Position numbers and translations under genes: made by a program. From Octopus sinensis (Eukaryota), in contig NC_043002.1 in NCBI RefSeq assembly GCF_006345805.1, positions 8,680,001-8,744,000 of the forward strand: a stretch of DNA of 64,000 nt, in the 5' to 3' direction. The notes under the pieces were generated by a model that saw only the letters and a program-made list of their open reading frames with translations, was not told the origin of the DNA and did no database searches. Below, in pieces: positions 23,046-34,907 of the stretch. The first letter of the stretch is position 1. Each line of letters starts with the position of its first letter.

Positions 23046-23915
23046 GCTTCCATGCCAGTGGCACATAAAAGGGCACCAGTCGAGTGTGATTTTTACCAGC
23101 GTCGCCTTACTGGCACTCAAGCCCCGTACTAATAGGGTATTAAGAGCACCATCCGAGCATGATTGTTGCCAGAGCGGCTATCTGGCCTCCGTGCCAGTGG
23201 CACATAAAAGGGCACCAGTCGAGTGTGATTTTTACCAGCGTCGCCTTACTGGCACTTGTGCCCGTGCTAGCAGGGTATTAAGAGCACCATCCGAGCATGA
23301 TTGTTGCCAGAGCGGCTATCTGGCCTCCGTGCCAGTGGCACATAAAAGGGCACCAGTCGAGTGTGATTTTTACCAGCGTCGCCTTACTGGCACTTGTGCC
23401 CGTGCTAGCAGGGTATTAAGAGCATCATCCGAGCGTGATTGTTGCCAGAGCGGCTATCTGGCCTCCGTGCCAGTGGCACATAAAAGGGCACCAGTCGAGT
23501 GTGATTTTTACCAGCGTCGCCTTACTGGCACTTGTGCCCGTGCTAGCAGGGTATTAAGAGCATCATCCGAGTGTGATTGTTGCCAGAGCGGCTATCTGGC
23601 CTCCGTGCCAGTGGCACATAAAAGGGCACCAGTCGAGTGTGATTTTTACCAGCGTTGCCTTACTGGCATTTGTGCCCGTGCTAGTAGGGTATTAAGAGCA
23701 CCATCCAAGAATGATTGTTGCCAGAGCGGCTATCTGGCCTCCGTGCCAGTGGAACATAAAAGGGCACCATTCTAGTGTGATTTTTACCAGCGTCGCCTTA
23801 CTGGCACTTGTGCCCGTGCTAGTAGGGTATTAAGAGCACCATCCGAGCGTGATTGTTGCCAAAGCAGCTATCTGGCCTCCATGCCGGTGGCACGTAAAAG
23901 ACACCATTCGAGCCA
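23046..23915 (+). repeat. Tandem satellite, ~6.3 x 138 bp, derived from family A modules (two-module higher-order unit)
   Basis: 'g(c/a)ac(a/g)taaaag' recurs at 23061, 23200, 23338, 23476, 23614, 23752, 23890; each unit is two related ~69-bp halves. Confidence 0.95.
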
Positions 23916-24470
23916 CTGCAAAAATTATTGGCTTTTTATTTACTCCTTTATCATTTCCAGTATTGGGTTTTGGCCATGCTGGTGCATTGCTTTCAAGGGT
24001 TTTTAGTGTATTATATCAATCCCCCAACAGTTTGGTAGTTTTTGTTGAATTCAAAAGCAAGAAAGGAAAACTGACTTGGATGGATCTGAAACTCAGAACT
24101 TGAAAAAAGGAATCTAACTTGTCATTTATCCTCACAACAGTGGCACTCTGGAACTGCCTTCCCATCCACATTTATCTGCTGTGTCATCATCTGACCAACC
24201 ACCCAGCAATGTGTGTGTGTATGTGTGAGTGACAGGGAGAAAAAAAGGAGATAGAAAGAGAGAAAGATAGCGGCAGAGAGAGAGAGAGAGAGAGAGAGAT
24301 AACAGGTAGTGATTCACTCCAGTGTCCAATAATGGAACAATTTACCAATGGTACTAACAAATATATACTCTACATCATGTACTGAGTACTTTTGTCAACT
24401 GCCAATGAGATGATATTTATTTTTTTAACTATATGTTTTTAAATATTTTTTTAATATCTTTACATTCGAT

Positions 24471-24983
24471 GACTGGCATCCGTACGAGCGTGATCGTTGA
24501 CAGAGCGGCTAACCAGCTTCCGTGCCAGTGGTACATAAAAGGCACCATTCAAGTGTGATCGTTACCAGCTTTGCCTTACTGGCACTTGTGCCCCATGCTA
24601 GTAGGGTGCTAAGAGCACCATCCGAGCGTGATCGTTGCCAGAGCGGCTAACTGGCTTCCGTGCCGGTGGCATGAAGGAGGCACCATTCAAGCAGGATCGT
24701 TACCAGCATCACCTTACTGGCACCTGTGCTGGTGGCATTTGTAAAAAGATTCAAGCGAAGTCGTTGCCAGTGCCGCCTGACTGGCCCCATGCCAATGGCA
24801 CATAAAAAGCACCCACTACACTCTCGGAGTGGTTGGCGTTAGGAAGGGCATCCAGCTGTAGAAACTCTGCCAAATCAAGAGTGGAGCCTGGTGCAGCCAT
24901 CTGGTTCACCAGCCCTCAGTCAAAATTATCCAACCCATGCTAGCATGGAAAGCAGACATTAAACGATGATGATGATGATGATG
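24471..24983 (+). mobile_element. Family A copy with about five modules
   Basis: Same module pair as the 138-bp satellite, followed by core and tail. Confidence 0.9.
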
Positions 24984-25439
24984 AATGGAAATATATGTAC
25001 AAGAGTTATCTCTATAAATCCTTTTAAATATTTGATTTTATATATATAGAAAACAAAAAAAGTTAAGTTTGAATTTCTTCTTTCTAGCTTTAAATTGCTT
25101 CTTCAATCATTCACTTCACCTTGATATACCTTCCTTCAGGTAATATGTGGCCGTCTTGTTTTTTGTTTTTTTTACTGCCTCTTAATACCTATATAGCCTG
25201 TTTGAAGCTACCCAGAGCCATTTCACTTAGTCATCCTTCATCCATTAATATTGTTATCCACACCCCCACATGTTATGGTGGCCACCCGACCCCTCTCAAG
25301 ACCACCAAATTATCTCTCCTCCTCCTGCATTGCACCTGTTTCAACTCCCTATTCCATACCTTCAGCCCACCCAGAATGCATCATACCTCTTCTCACTTTT
25401 GTCAACAATAAAAATCAAGACATTAAATGATGATGATAT

Positions 25440-25470
25440 ATGACATTTACATATGTATACATATACACAT

Positions 25471-25509
<39 letters not shown>

Positions 25510-25557
25510 CACATATATATATATATATATAACACACACACATATATATATATATAT

Positions 25558-25646
<89 letters not shown>

Positions 25647-25762
25647 CATCATCATCATCATTGTTTAGCGTCTGCTTTCCATGCTGGCATGGGTTGGACG
25701 GTGCAACTGGGGGTCTGGGAAGCCAGAAGGCTGCACAGGCCCAGTCTGATCTGGCATATATA

Positions 25763-25799
<37 letters not shown>

Positions 25800-25874
25800 T
25801 ATATATATACACACACATATATATATACACACACACATATATATATATACACATATATATATATACACATATAT

Positions 25875-25932
<58 letters not shown>

Positions 25933-25935
25933 ATC
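25440..25935. repeat. (TA)n/(CA)n microsatellite containing a family A fragment (25646-25756, minus)
   Basis: Low-complexity runs flanking catcatcattgtttagcgtctgctttccatgctggcatggg. Confidence 0.9.
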
Positions 25936-26014
25936 ATACACACAAATGGGGATTTTAACACACTGACAATGTATAACAAACACAGCACTAATACTCACTA
26001 ATTGCTCACATATT

Positions 26015-26054
<40 letters not shown>

Positions 26055-26276
26055 TGATTTTATCCTAAGTTACAAGAGACCAAGCCACAGTGCAAAACAC
26101 AGTAGTTCAGAGCAGTACAGTGACAGCTAGCTTAATCGGTAGGTTAGTTATAATAGAATCTCAGGCAGACAAGAGGCGGAGTGGAATTTTAAGAGCTATG
26201 AATGTGGTTGTTGTAAGTTCAGTGAAGCATAACAAAGAGTTTGGGTTTTTACATCATGTGACAATGACACAGTTGC

Positions 26277-26308
<32 letters not shown>

Positions 26309-26626
26309 CGGACAGACAGACGGAAGGACTAAGACGGAGGCAAAGAGAGATAGGTTAATCAGTATGGAATACACAATCTGATACAAAATTGTTGTTGTAG
26401 TGTCTCTACATATTCTTCTTGCATTAAAGATGAAGTGTAGGAGTGGGGCGGGGAGATAATATGGCATAAATTTATAAAGGAAATACATAAATTTATCAAG
26501 GAATAAATAAATATATAAGGAGACAAATATCAAAAACAAATGACAAGGGAAAAGAAAAATATCTTGTGGGGAGGTTCAAAAGGGTCGAATCTATACACAC
26601 ATAACAGTATGTTTCTATGAATCTAG

Positions 26627-26661
<35 letters not shown>

Positions 26662-27017
26662 CAAAAACATTGTGAGACTAATAACTTGGTGTGTATGTAA
26701 TATATATATATATATTTATAGGTTTTAATAATCAGAAAATGGAGAAGAATTTTGATCAACAAACAAATTGTAGATTATGCTTTAATACAAAACCTAACAT
26801 TTCCATGACATAACATTTCTTACAGCTATTTCCGCTTCCCGTGCCAGTCAGTGCTTATGGAAGAATTTCGAAAATAATATTCGCCATCTTCATAGGACAT
26901 TCGATCTAGTACATGGAGCTTCATCAGAGTGAATACAAATACATAAAATAAAATAAAGTACTAGTTTAGTGCTAGGGTCGATATATTTGGCTAACCCCAT
27001 CCTCTAAATATCAGCCA

Positions 27018-27380
27018 AAAAACATTTGAGCGAGGTCGTTGCCAGTGCCGCTGGACTGGCCTATGTGCAGGTGGCACATAAAAAGCACCATCCGAACGTG
27101 GCTGCTGCCAGTGCTGCATGACTGGCTCTCATGCCGGTGGCACGTAAAAACACCCACTACACTCTCGGAGTGGTTGGCGTTAGGAAGGGCATCCAGCTGT
27201 AGAAACTCTGCCAGATCAGATTGGAGTCTGGTGCAGCCATCTGGTTCACCAGACCTCAGTCAAATCGTCCAACCCATGCTAGCATGGAAAGCAGACGTTA
27301 AACGATGATGATGATGGCTGCAGCAGGCGCCAATCTTGATCTGGCAGAGTTTCTACAGCTGGATGCCCTTCCTAACGCTT
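27018..27380 (+). mobile_element. Family A copy followed by a short antisense family A fragment
   Basis: Core and (GAT)n end at ~27316, then gcaggcgccaatcttgatctggcagagtttctacagctggatgccc. Confidence 0.85.
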
Positions 27381-27685
27381 AAAAAATAGCCTACAGATGT
27401 GGTCCTACTTGTTTGTTTGTTGATCAAAAGTTTTCTCCATGTTCTGATTAATTAAATTTGATTCCTGATGAACTTTTGTTTATTCTCTTGTTACCTGTAC
27501 CCTATGGGCATAGTGTGCCTGCATATCCATGCCCAGGGATTAGCACAGGTAACTGATACCAAATAGTAAATATGGATATTTTTATCCCTTAGTCTGTTAC
27601 TACAACTGCTAACTCTGCTTACCTTTTATATGTGTGTGTGTGTGTCTATATATATATATATGTGTGTGTATATATATATATATAT

Positions 27686-27885
27686 AGGGAGAGTTTACGA
27701 AAAAAACAAAAGATGAAGACAGGTGGTGTACAAAACAAACAGATGTATTAGTATAATGCTCAGGAATAGAAAAGTCTTTTACATTTCGAACCTACGCTCT
27801 TCTACAGAAAGGTACACAGAAAAAATAAGGAGAGAAACAAGGAGAGAAAAAAATGTGTGTAGAGGCTAACGATCTATCATGGCAG
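27686..27885 (-). mobile_element. Penelope-like repeat family D with hammerhead-like core
   Basis: Minus strand ttt-CTGTAGA-A-GAGC-GTAG-GTTC-GAAA-TG-TA-aaag (27776-27811). Confidence 0.6.
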
Positions 27886-27889
27886 GACT

Positions 27890-28180
27890 CTCCCATTGAA
27901 GGCAAAGAATGAGCATTCAGTTTTTGGCCGAATGACCTGCACAAAAGATTTGTTTACAGTGACAAATGTTCATGCTGCACATTAGCTCATTCTCTCCATC
28001 AAATTGACATTGTCTGAACAGGTGTACATGTGTACAATGCATCAGGTGTCAAAGTGATCACAGAGTAATGAGATGAAGTCTTTTGCATAGCAACACAACA
28101 CACCACCTGGTCTTGGAATTGAAATCACAATCTAGTAATCACGAGTGCAACACCTCAACCACTAAGCCATGTGCCATTAC
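27890..28180 (-). mobile_element. Old tRNA-derived SINE
   Basis: Minus-strand head gtaatggcacatggcttagtggttgaggtgttgcactc...tttcaattccaagaccagg. Confidence 0.55.
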
Positions 28181-28394
28181 ACACACACGCACGTACACAT
28201 ATACATACAGAAAAACACATGTATATGAGTGTGTGTGTGTATGTGTCTGTATCTCTGCACATGCACACACACACACACATATGTATACATGTATGTACAC
28301 ATACATATATACATATATATGCAACATATATGTTCATGGATATAGTTTTCATGTGTGTGTGTGTAATTACGGATAAAGAGAATAGACCAGTGAT

Positions 28395-28775
28395 TTGTTG
28401 TTGTTGCTGTTGTTGAGCGTAGCGATCTTCGTCCCAGAGCTTGCAAGATGGAAGAAGTCCAAAACGTGGTCCTTTGCTATTCGTAAGAAGAGAAGGCAGG
28501 TCAACCCCCGACACCGAGAGCATCGATTGATGGATGAATGCGCATCCAGGCTCAGCGGTTGCGTAGGAAGTCGGGGACAAGAAACAGGAAGAAAGAGTGA
28601 GAGAAAATTGGGGCGAAAGAGTACAACAGGGGTCACCACCACCCACTGCCGGAGCCTCATGGAGATTTAGGTGTTTTTGCTCAATAAACACACACAGTGC
28701 CTGGTCTGGGAATTGAAACCACGATCCTCCAACCGTGAGTCCGCTGCCCTAACCATTGGGCCATTGCGCCTCCAC
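28395..28775 (-). mobile_element. tRNA-derived SINE family F, tail type 2, (CAA)n end
   Basis: Head gtggaggcgcaatggcccaatggttagggcagcggactc; shares ~170 bp with 17675-17850, then a different 3' part. Confidence 0.85.
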
Positions 28776-29122
28776 TGCTGTTGATGTACAAACTGGGAAT
28801 TGATCAAGCATTCACTGGATCAACTGAAAGAACAGAAACCACCTGTGACCCCAATAACATCACTAATGATGCATCCCAGAGCATCTATCCACAAGATGTA
28901 TCTTAAAACTAAAGCTATATATATTCGCATATGGATTGTAGTTCACTACAGCTGTTTCAGACATGTTTTTTATTGATGAATAAAAGTATTACCTCATGTA
29001 AAAAAAAAAATTAAAAAAAACAATTTCATTAGGTGAATACAGGTAAGAATTATACATTCAGAACTTCACAAGAACAAGTACATAGTACCATAAAAATCTA
29101 TCAACCCAACTTCAGTCAATAC

Positions 29123-29293
29123 CTCAGGAAGTAAGGAATGGAACAGGTAAAGCTGATTTTGATCCTTTTGCAGCAAAGCAATATTTGTTACATACATTGT
29201 AACATACACAGAACTAGCTTTGCCAATCTTCAGGTCCAAATAGCTATAAGTTGTTTCCATTGTCACATGGAGATGATCAAATGAATCATCAAA
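29123..29293 (-). CDS. Candidate coding exon (57 codons, phase 0-0), unidentified
   Basis: pyrimidine tract...gtggttag|TTTGAT...CCTGAG|gtattg; open frame FDDSFDHLHVTMETTYSYLDLKIGKASSVYVTMYVTNIALLQKDQNQLYLFHSLLPE in unique DNA. Confidence 0.3.
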
Positions 29294-29523
29294 CTAACCA
29301 CAGCATGAATGGCAAGATGAAAAGAGAAAAAAAATCGAAATCAAAGGACCAGTGAAATTATTAGTTAAAGGGTAGGTCTCCCTAAAAGAGAGGCAGAAAG
29401 GACTTGCAATAAAATTCCTTCACACTAGTAAGGGACAAAGAATTGATAGTGTAAAAGTTCCAGACAGCTAATTTGATAAATTATTGGGACATACTAACAA
29501 AGGGTAAAAGCTAAAGCCACAAT

Positions 29524-30201
29524 TGTAAGTTGTGCTAAAAAAAAAAAAAAGGTTTATCCTTTATATTGGAAACATATGGTCACAAAGTGAAAAAATCTAC
29601 AGTCAGAGAGTAAATTTACTACTATCATGTTCTTAAGAATGAAATCAACCTCTCTGTTTATATATCTACCATTTTTATAATGTTGGCAAACGAAACAGCG
29701 ATAAGAATGTGCATTGTCTGTTTGATTGGAAATTTTCTATAAGCGGCTGAAGATTGCTCGACATTTTAAAACTGATGTAATACTTACAGAGTTTAATAAA
29801 ATGAAGTAGCATGAAACAATTGTACCACTCTACCTCAGATATACTTGTTGCTTATTTTGATTATATATATATATATATATATATTATACTTTCTTTTACT
29901 TGTTTCAGTCATTTGACTATGGCCATGTTGTTGCACCACCATTAGTCGCACAGATTGATCCCAGGACTTATTCTTTGTAAGCCTAGTACTTATTCTATCG
30001 GTCTCGTTTGCCAGATAAGAGCAGATTTTGACAAGTTTAGAGGTAAAAAAAGTGCATTTTATACAGCAAGAAGTATGATATATGTATATATTTGTGCTAA
30101 ATATATATATATATAAGCAAATAAAATATATATACATATATATACATACATATATACATATATATACATACATATATACATATATATACATACATATATA
30201 C

Positions 30202-30266
<65 letters not shown>

Positions 30267-30281
30267 CATATATATACATAC

Positions 30282-30313
<32 letters not shown>

Positions 30314-30496
30314 GTAAGCAGGTAGGTAACAAGGATGTCCAGGTATCAATGCATTATGGCTATTTCAAGTGGCTCCATTTAATTGATCAATAAAAACCTT
30401 ACATCAATTTGAAAGAAAGCACTCTCCTCAGTTGCAGACGACCATATAGGAGGTTTCCGATATAAAGGACAAACTTTTTTTTTAGCACAACTTACA
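29524..30496 (+). mobile_element. Internally deleted mariner/Tc1-like element with ~55-bp TIRs; contains a SINE B tail and a microsatellite
   Basis: tgtaagttgtgctaaaa...cctttatattggaaac (29524-29581) is inverted at 30440-30496; decayed transposase-like start and end. Confidence 0.7.
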
Positions 30497-30930
30497 TCAG
30501 TACTAGAAACCAAAATAATTACATTGTTTCCATTTGCTGTATGCTTGTGGCAGAATGAATTTAGGGAAAAATGTATATCTAAAGCCTACTATAATTTAGA
30601 GAGTAGCAGAGGAAAATAGTGGCAGAGGGAGGGGGTCAAGAAAAAGGAATGGTGAGATAGTTTTAACTTGTATTTATCGTTATTTTATCTATAAGATTTT
30701 ATGCAACATATAGTCTACAACCCTTAAATCCATTGGGATTTGACTGAAGTTCCAGTTGATGGTGATAAATCAATGTCAGATGTTCTCCCTGAACTATATT
30801 TTATTGTGATCATATATCTGGTTTTATCGATATAAAAGGATATGTCTCAGAGCTGCTAGTAAGAGAATGAGTGATGAAGGAGAGGGGGATAACTATGAGG
30901 AGGAAGGACAAGGGTGGCTAGTACATACTC

Positions 30931-31320
30931 TTACTCTTTACCCTTTTACTTGTTTCAGTCATTTGACTGCGGCCATGCTGGAGCACCGCCTTTTAATCGA
31001 GCAACTCGACCCCGGGACTTATTCTTTGTAAGCCCAGTACTTATTCTATCGGTCTCTTTTGCCGAACCGCTAAGTTACGGGGACGTAAACACACCAGCAT
31101 CGGTTGTCAAGCAATGCTAGGGGGACAAACACAGACACACAAACATACACACACATATATATATATATATATACAACGGGCTTCTTTCAGTTTCCATCTA
31201 CCAAATCCACTCACAAGGCTATAGTAGAAGACACTTGCCCAAGGTGCCACGCAGTGGGACTGAACCTGGAACCATGTGGTTGGTAAACAAGCTACTTACC
31301 ACACAGCCACTCCTGCGCCT
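30931..31320 (-). mobile_element. Full-length SINE family B
   Basis: Reverse complement of 1382-1780. Confidence 0.9.
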
Positions 31321-31494
31321 ATTTAGATTGTCAAATAAAAGGGGGGATAAAATGGAAAACGAAAGAGATCAAAATAAGTTCTAATTAGAACCTAGGGTTA
31401 CAAGGTGTATCATAGCTTAGCCAATTTAATGTATTAAAAATTTAGAAAATAATTTTTGAACAAATATAAAGGGAAAAGGATAGATAATTAAACT

Positions 31495-31713
31495 TAAACG
31501 AAAGGAGGGGCCCCGCCACGTCAAAACGGTAGAGGAGTAGGGGCCGAAACCGGACGTGGTTCCTCCTGATGATGTCTTGAGCTAACTGGATCCTATAAAG
31601 GAGCTGTTGTGGTAGCAGACCACGAAACACGGTTGTAATTTGTTACAAGATAAAGTTCATAAGGCCTTTTCTTTAGCTGCTAAAGAAAAGGCCTTATGAA
31701 CTTTCTCTTGTAA
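31495..31713 (+). repeat. Penelope-like end followed by a near-perfect hairpin (31643-31713)
   Basis: CTGATGA (31566-31572)...GAAAC (31624-31628); 26-bp perfect arms 31652-31677 and 31679-31704. Confidence 0.6.
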
Positions 31714-32112
31714 GTTTAGCATATTGATAAGGTGGTCATGATAAAACCATTCCACAATGACTTTATAAGTAAATTAAATTATCAGCTGAGTAGGAATACC
31801 TGGTTTATAATAAATCAAAAACCAGGTTAATTGTCCTTATTATAGGTGGATAAGTATAAAACATCTAAAATATGGAATCAACTGTAAGGAGTAATTAAAT
31901 TAGATGTGTACTAAATGTATAACAGAGTACAAGCAGAAGTAAAAGCCAAACCGATTTGGGCATGTACCTATTTGTTGAATATTTTATAAGATTAAAAGCT
32001 AAAAAATAGAATAACTTATATAAAAGAACATTAAAAAAAGTTTTTATATAAAAATTACCAACATTATGAAGAAATAATGAAAGAATATACGAAGGTGTAA
32101 AAATACTATTTA

Positions 32113-32245
32113 TCAGATGTATTAGTATAACGCTCAGGAATAGAAAGTCTTTTACGTTTCGAGCCTATGCTCTTCTAGAGAAAGGGATACAGAAAAAACA
32201 AGGAGAGAAAAAATGTGTGTAGTGGCTAACGATCTATCATGGCGA
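32113..32245 (-). mobile_element. Penelope-like repeat family D
   Basis: Minus strand ttt-CTCTAGA-A-GAGC-ATAG-GCTC-GAAA-CG-TA-aaag. Confidence 0.6.
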
Positions 32246-32246
32246 C

Positions 32247-32328
<82 letters not shown>

Positions 32329-32339
32329 TATATTATATA

Positions 32340-32810
32340 CAGGGTGTCCCAAAATTAAGGCAAACAACTTTTTCCAATTCTACCAAAGCAAAATTTTGTT
32401 CTATTTCTATCGCAATGGTGACAGAAACACAATTATGACACTACCACATTTATCATTTGATATGAACACCTCTGTTTTGAACTGCAGCCTTAAGTCTAGG
32501 TGTGAATGCTTCACACATGGCATGCAGCTGTTCTTATAGAATTGAAGCCCATTCCTGGCACAGTTTTGCCTTCAGAGGGTCAAGTGAAGGATGAGGAGTG
32601 ACTGAGATCCTTGTCTCCAAAATGGATCAAACAGAAAAATCAAACGGGTTGAGATTGGGGCTTCTTGATGGCCATACATCTTACCTATGAATGACAAAAT
32701 GGTTTTCTGAATCCAGTGTTGTGTCTATTTGGAACAGTGAAATGATGACGAGTCCTGTTGGAGGCCCCAAGGTGGGCCTTGAAAGTGCTCGTTCACCCAT
32801 GTATCGCTTT
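32340..32810 (-). mobile_element. Tc1/mariner-superfamily transposase remnant (C-terminal half plus TIR)
   Basis: Minus strand 'LQQDSSSFH...TQHWI', 'WPSRSPNLNPFDFSV*SILE...LKAKLCQEW'; terminus ta|cagggtgtcccaaaa. Confidence 0.85.
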
Positions 32811-32814
32811 TAAA

Positions 32815-33170
32815 GGGGCACTACTTTTCATCCTGTTGTAGGCTATCATTGTAGGTAATATGTGTTTTTGTGGGGTCCGGGGGTAACAAATGGAAGGGCC
32901 GCCCTGAGAAGCACATACTCTAGCTACGCTAGTGCAACCATGGGCACAAAAATGACGGAAGACCATAACTGACAGGATTTTGATGTCAATTTATGAGTCT
33001 AGTGTCGACGAAGCCAGATACACTCCAAAGTTGGTCATTCTAGTTGTTTACTGTCTGTTCAGTGACCTGCTTTCTCTTCTGCGGGTCTTACAAATAGCAA
33101 AGGACCATGTTTCAGACTTCTCCCATCTTGCGAGCTCTGGGACAAAGACCGTTCACTCAACAGCAACAGC
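32815..33170 (+). mobile_element. Retroelement 3' end sharing its last ~110 bp with SINE F tail type 2
   Basis: gacctgctttctcttct...aatagcaaaggacca...gctctgggacaaagacc...caacagcaac matches 28395-28505 (minus); upstream differs. Confidence 0.6.
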
Positions 33171-33171
33171 A

Positions 33172-33877
33172 GCAACATTTGGATGCAGTGGAAGAGATTG
33201 GTTCTCCAGAAGAGGACAGAGAAGCAGAGAAGGCTATCTCTACGAGTGACATAATGGCAGTGTTGGTAAAGTGGCAGCATGTTTCTGAATTTGTAGAAAA
33301 AAATATCCTCCTGAAAAAGTATCAATAGGTCGTGCAGCTGCTTTATTTAGTGACACTGCTCTGGCGGCACATTTTTGTACCATTCTGGAAAGTAGGAAAA
33401 AGCAGACTTCTCTCGATATGTTTCTAATGCAATGACCTGCAGGTGTGAAAAAGTGAAGAAAGTGTCTCCAAAAAGCTTCAACTAAGCGGAGAGAGAAAAC
33501 ACCAGAAATTGTTCTTTCTGAAGTCTTAATAGAAGGAGATTCTCCTTCCAAACAATAATCCTCCTCCTCTTTCCCAGTCTTCCTCGCACACAAATTGTCC
33601 CATCTTAAAAGGTAATTAAATTAATAAAACCAGTTTTCTTTTGCATTATCTTTTATTATGTTTTTATAATTGTCATTTCCCTTGTAACTTCACCTTTTCT
33701 GTTTTAAAACCCATAAAAAAAAAAACGTTTTTTGAGTGGTTTTGGCTGGGGCTGGAATAGATTAATTTTACATTTTGATTCATTTCAATGGGGAAAATTG
33801 ATTTGTATGTAATTTGAGTAAATCACAAAACGAACTCAGTCACAGAACAAATTAAACTCGTACTGTGAGGTATCACT

Positions 33878-33878
<1 letters not shown>
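33172..33878 (+). mobile_element. Tigger/pogo-like transposon, 3' half
   Basis: 'VKWQHVSEFVEK...AHFCTILESRKKQTSLDMFL'; right end ...gaggtatcactg|ta. Confidence 0.8.
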
Positions 33879-33913
<35 letters not shown>

Positions 33914-34907
33914 GCTGTTATATGGCAAGACTGAAAGGCCATCTTGATGGGGGCTTTCTCAGTTATTTACTAACAAGAGCTATGATTTGCAACAACAGAT
34001 ATTATTAGACATAAGGCTTGAGTAATGTCAACCATCTCCAATTTCAAAAGGCCTTTTCAGGATCCACTCGATTGGCTCCTATACTACGCAGGGGTAGTTT
34101 AGTAAAGATCTCATTCTCAGACAGCATGCACAACCTATATCCCTCTCTCTCTCTCTCTCTCAATCTTGCTTTCTCCCCCTCTCATGTTCCTTCATACCCT
34201 TCTTTCTTCATTTATTGCTATTGGCTTGCTTCCAGTTCTCATGTCTTTCTAAATTACTCAGTGGTGCCAGAGAAATACTTTCACTATTATTCGAGACATA
34301 TCTCCCAATCACATTTTCTTCCTTTCCCTTCTTTCCCATTTTCCACAGGTTTTCCTTCTTTCCTTCTTCCCACTCCTCATCATCTCCATCTTTCTCTCCA
34401 TTTCTCCTTATCATTATGATCCTTCTCTCTCTCCCCGACCAACTTCTCTTACAAGATTCTCCCTATCTCTCCCATCACATCTTCCACTCTTATACGATCT
34501 CTTTCTCTCTTTATTATCTTCATTCTCTTACCTGACTCACCTCCATCTTCTTCAACCCATCTCTTGTCCCAGACACTAACATATTCACAATTGTACAGTC
34601 TACTCTTTCTCATTGAACTACCCTACAGTCTCGATCCCTACTCACTTCTTATCCCCTTCAATCCTCTCCCTTCTTATCACTGTCCCAGAATGATAACTTA
34701 CAATTTACAGTAGAAGTTCTATGACTATAACTTCAGTATAACAGGCTAAGATTCAAAACCAGATGCGGGGAGACACAGACTTCACAAGCCAAAGTGAAGG
34801 CATCCTATCAAGAAGAGTAGCAGCTCTGAATAAAAAGTAGGGACAGTGTGAAGAAGGCCCTTTAGTCATGGAAGATAACCCCACTAGTGTTGATGATACA
34901 ATGAAAT

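Noticed and set aside
23086-23775. Cys-rich metallothionein-like or repeat protein gene
   Set aside because: The ORF is a by-product of a 138-bp LINE-derived satellite, has no ATG start and no visible gene structure; kept only as a repeat finding
26826-26907. Promoter-like motifs (CGCCATCTT, TTCCGCTTCCCG) and exon-like signals on both strands
   Set aside because: Isolated short motifs with no CpG-rich context, and competing interpretations that cannot be separated
31560-31640. Intact hammerhead ribozyme
   Set aside because: CTGATGA and GAAAC are present but the stem I strands do not pair and stem II is not convincing
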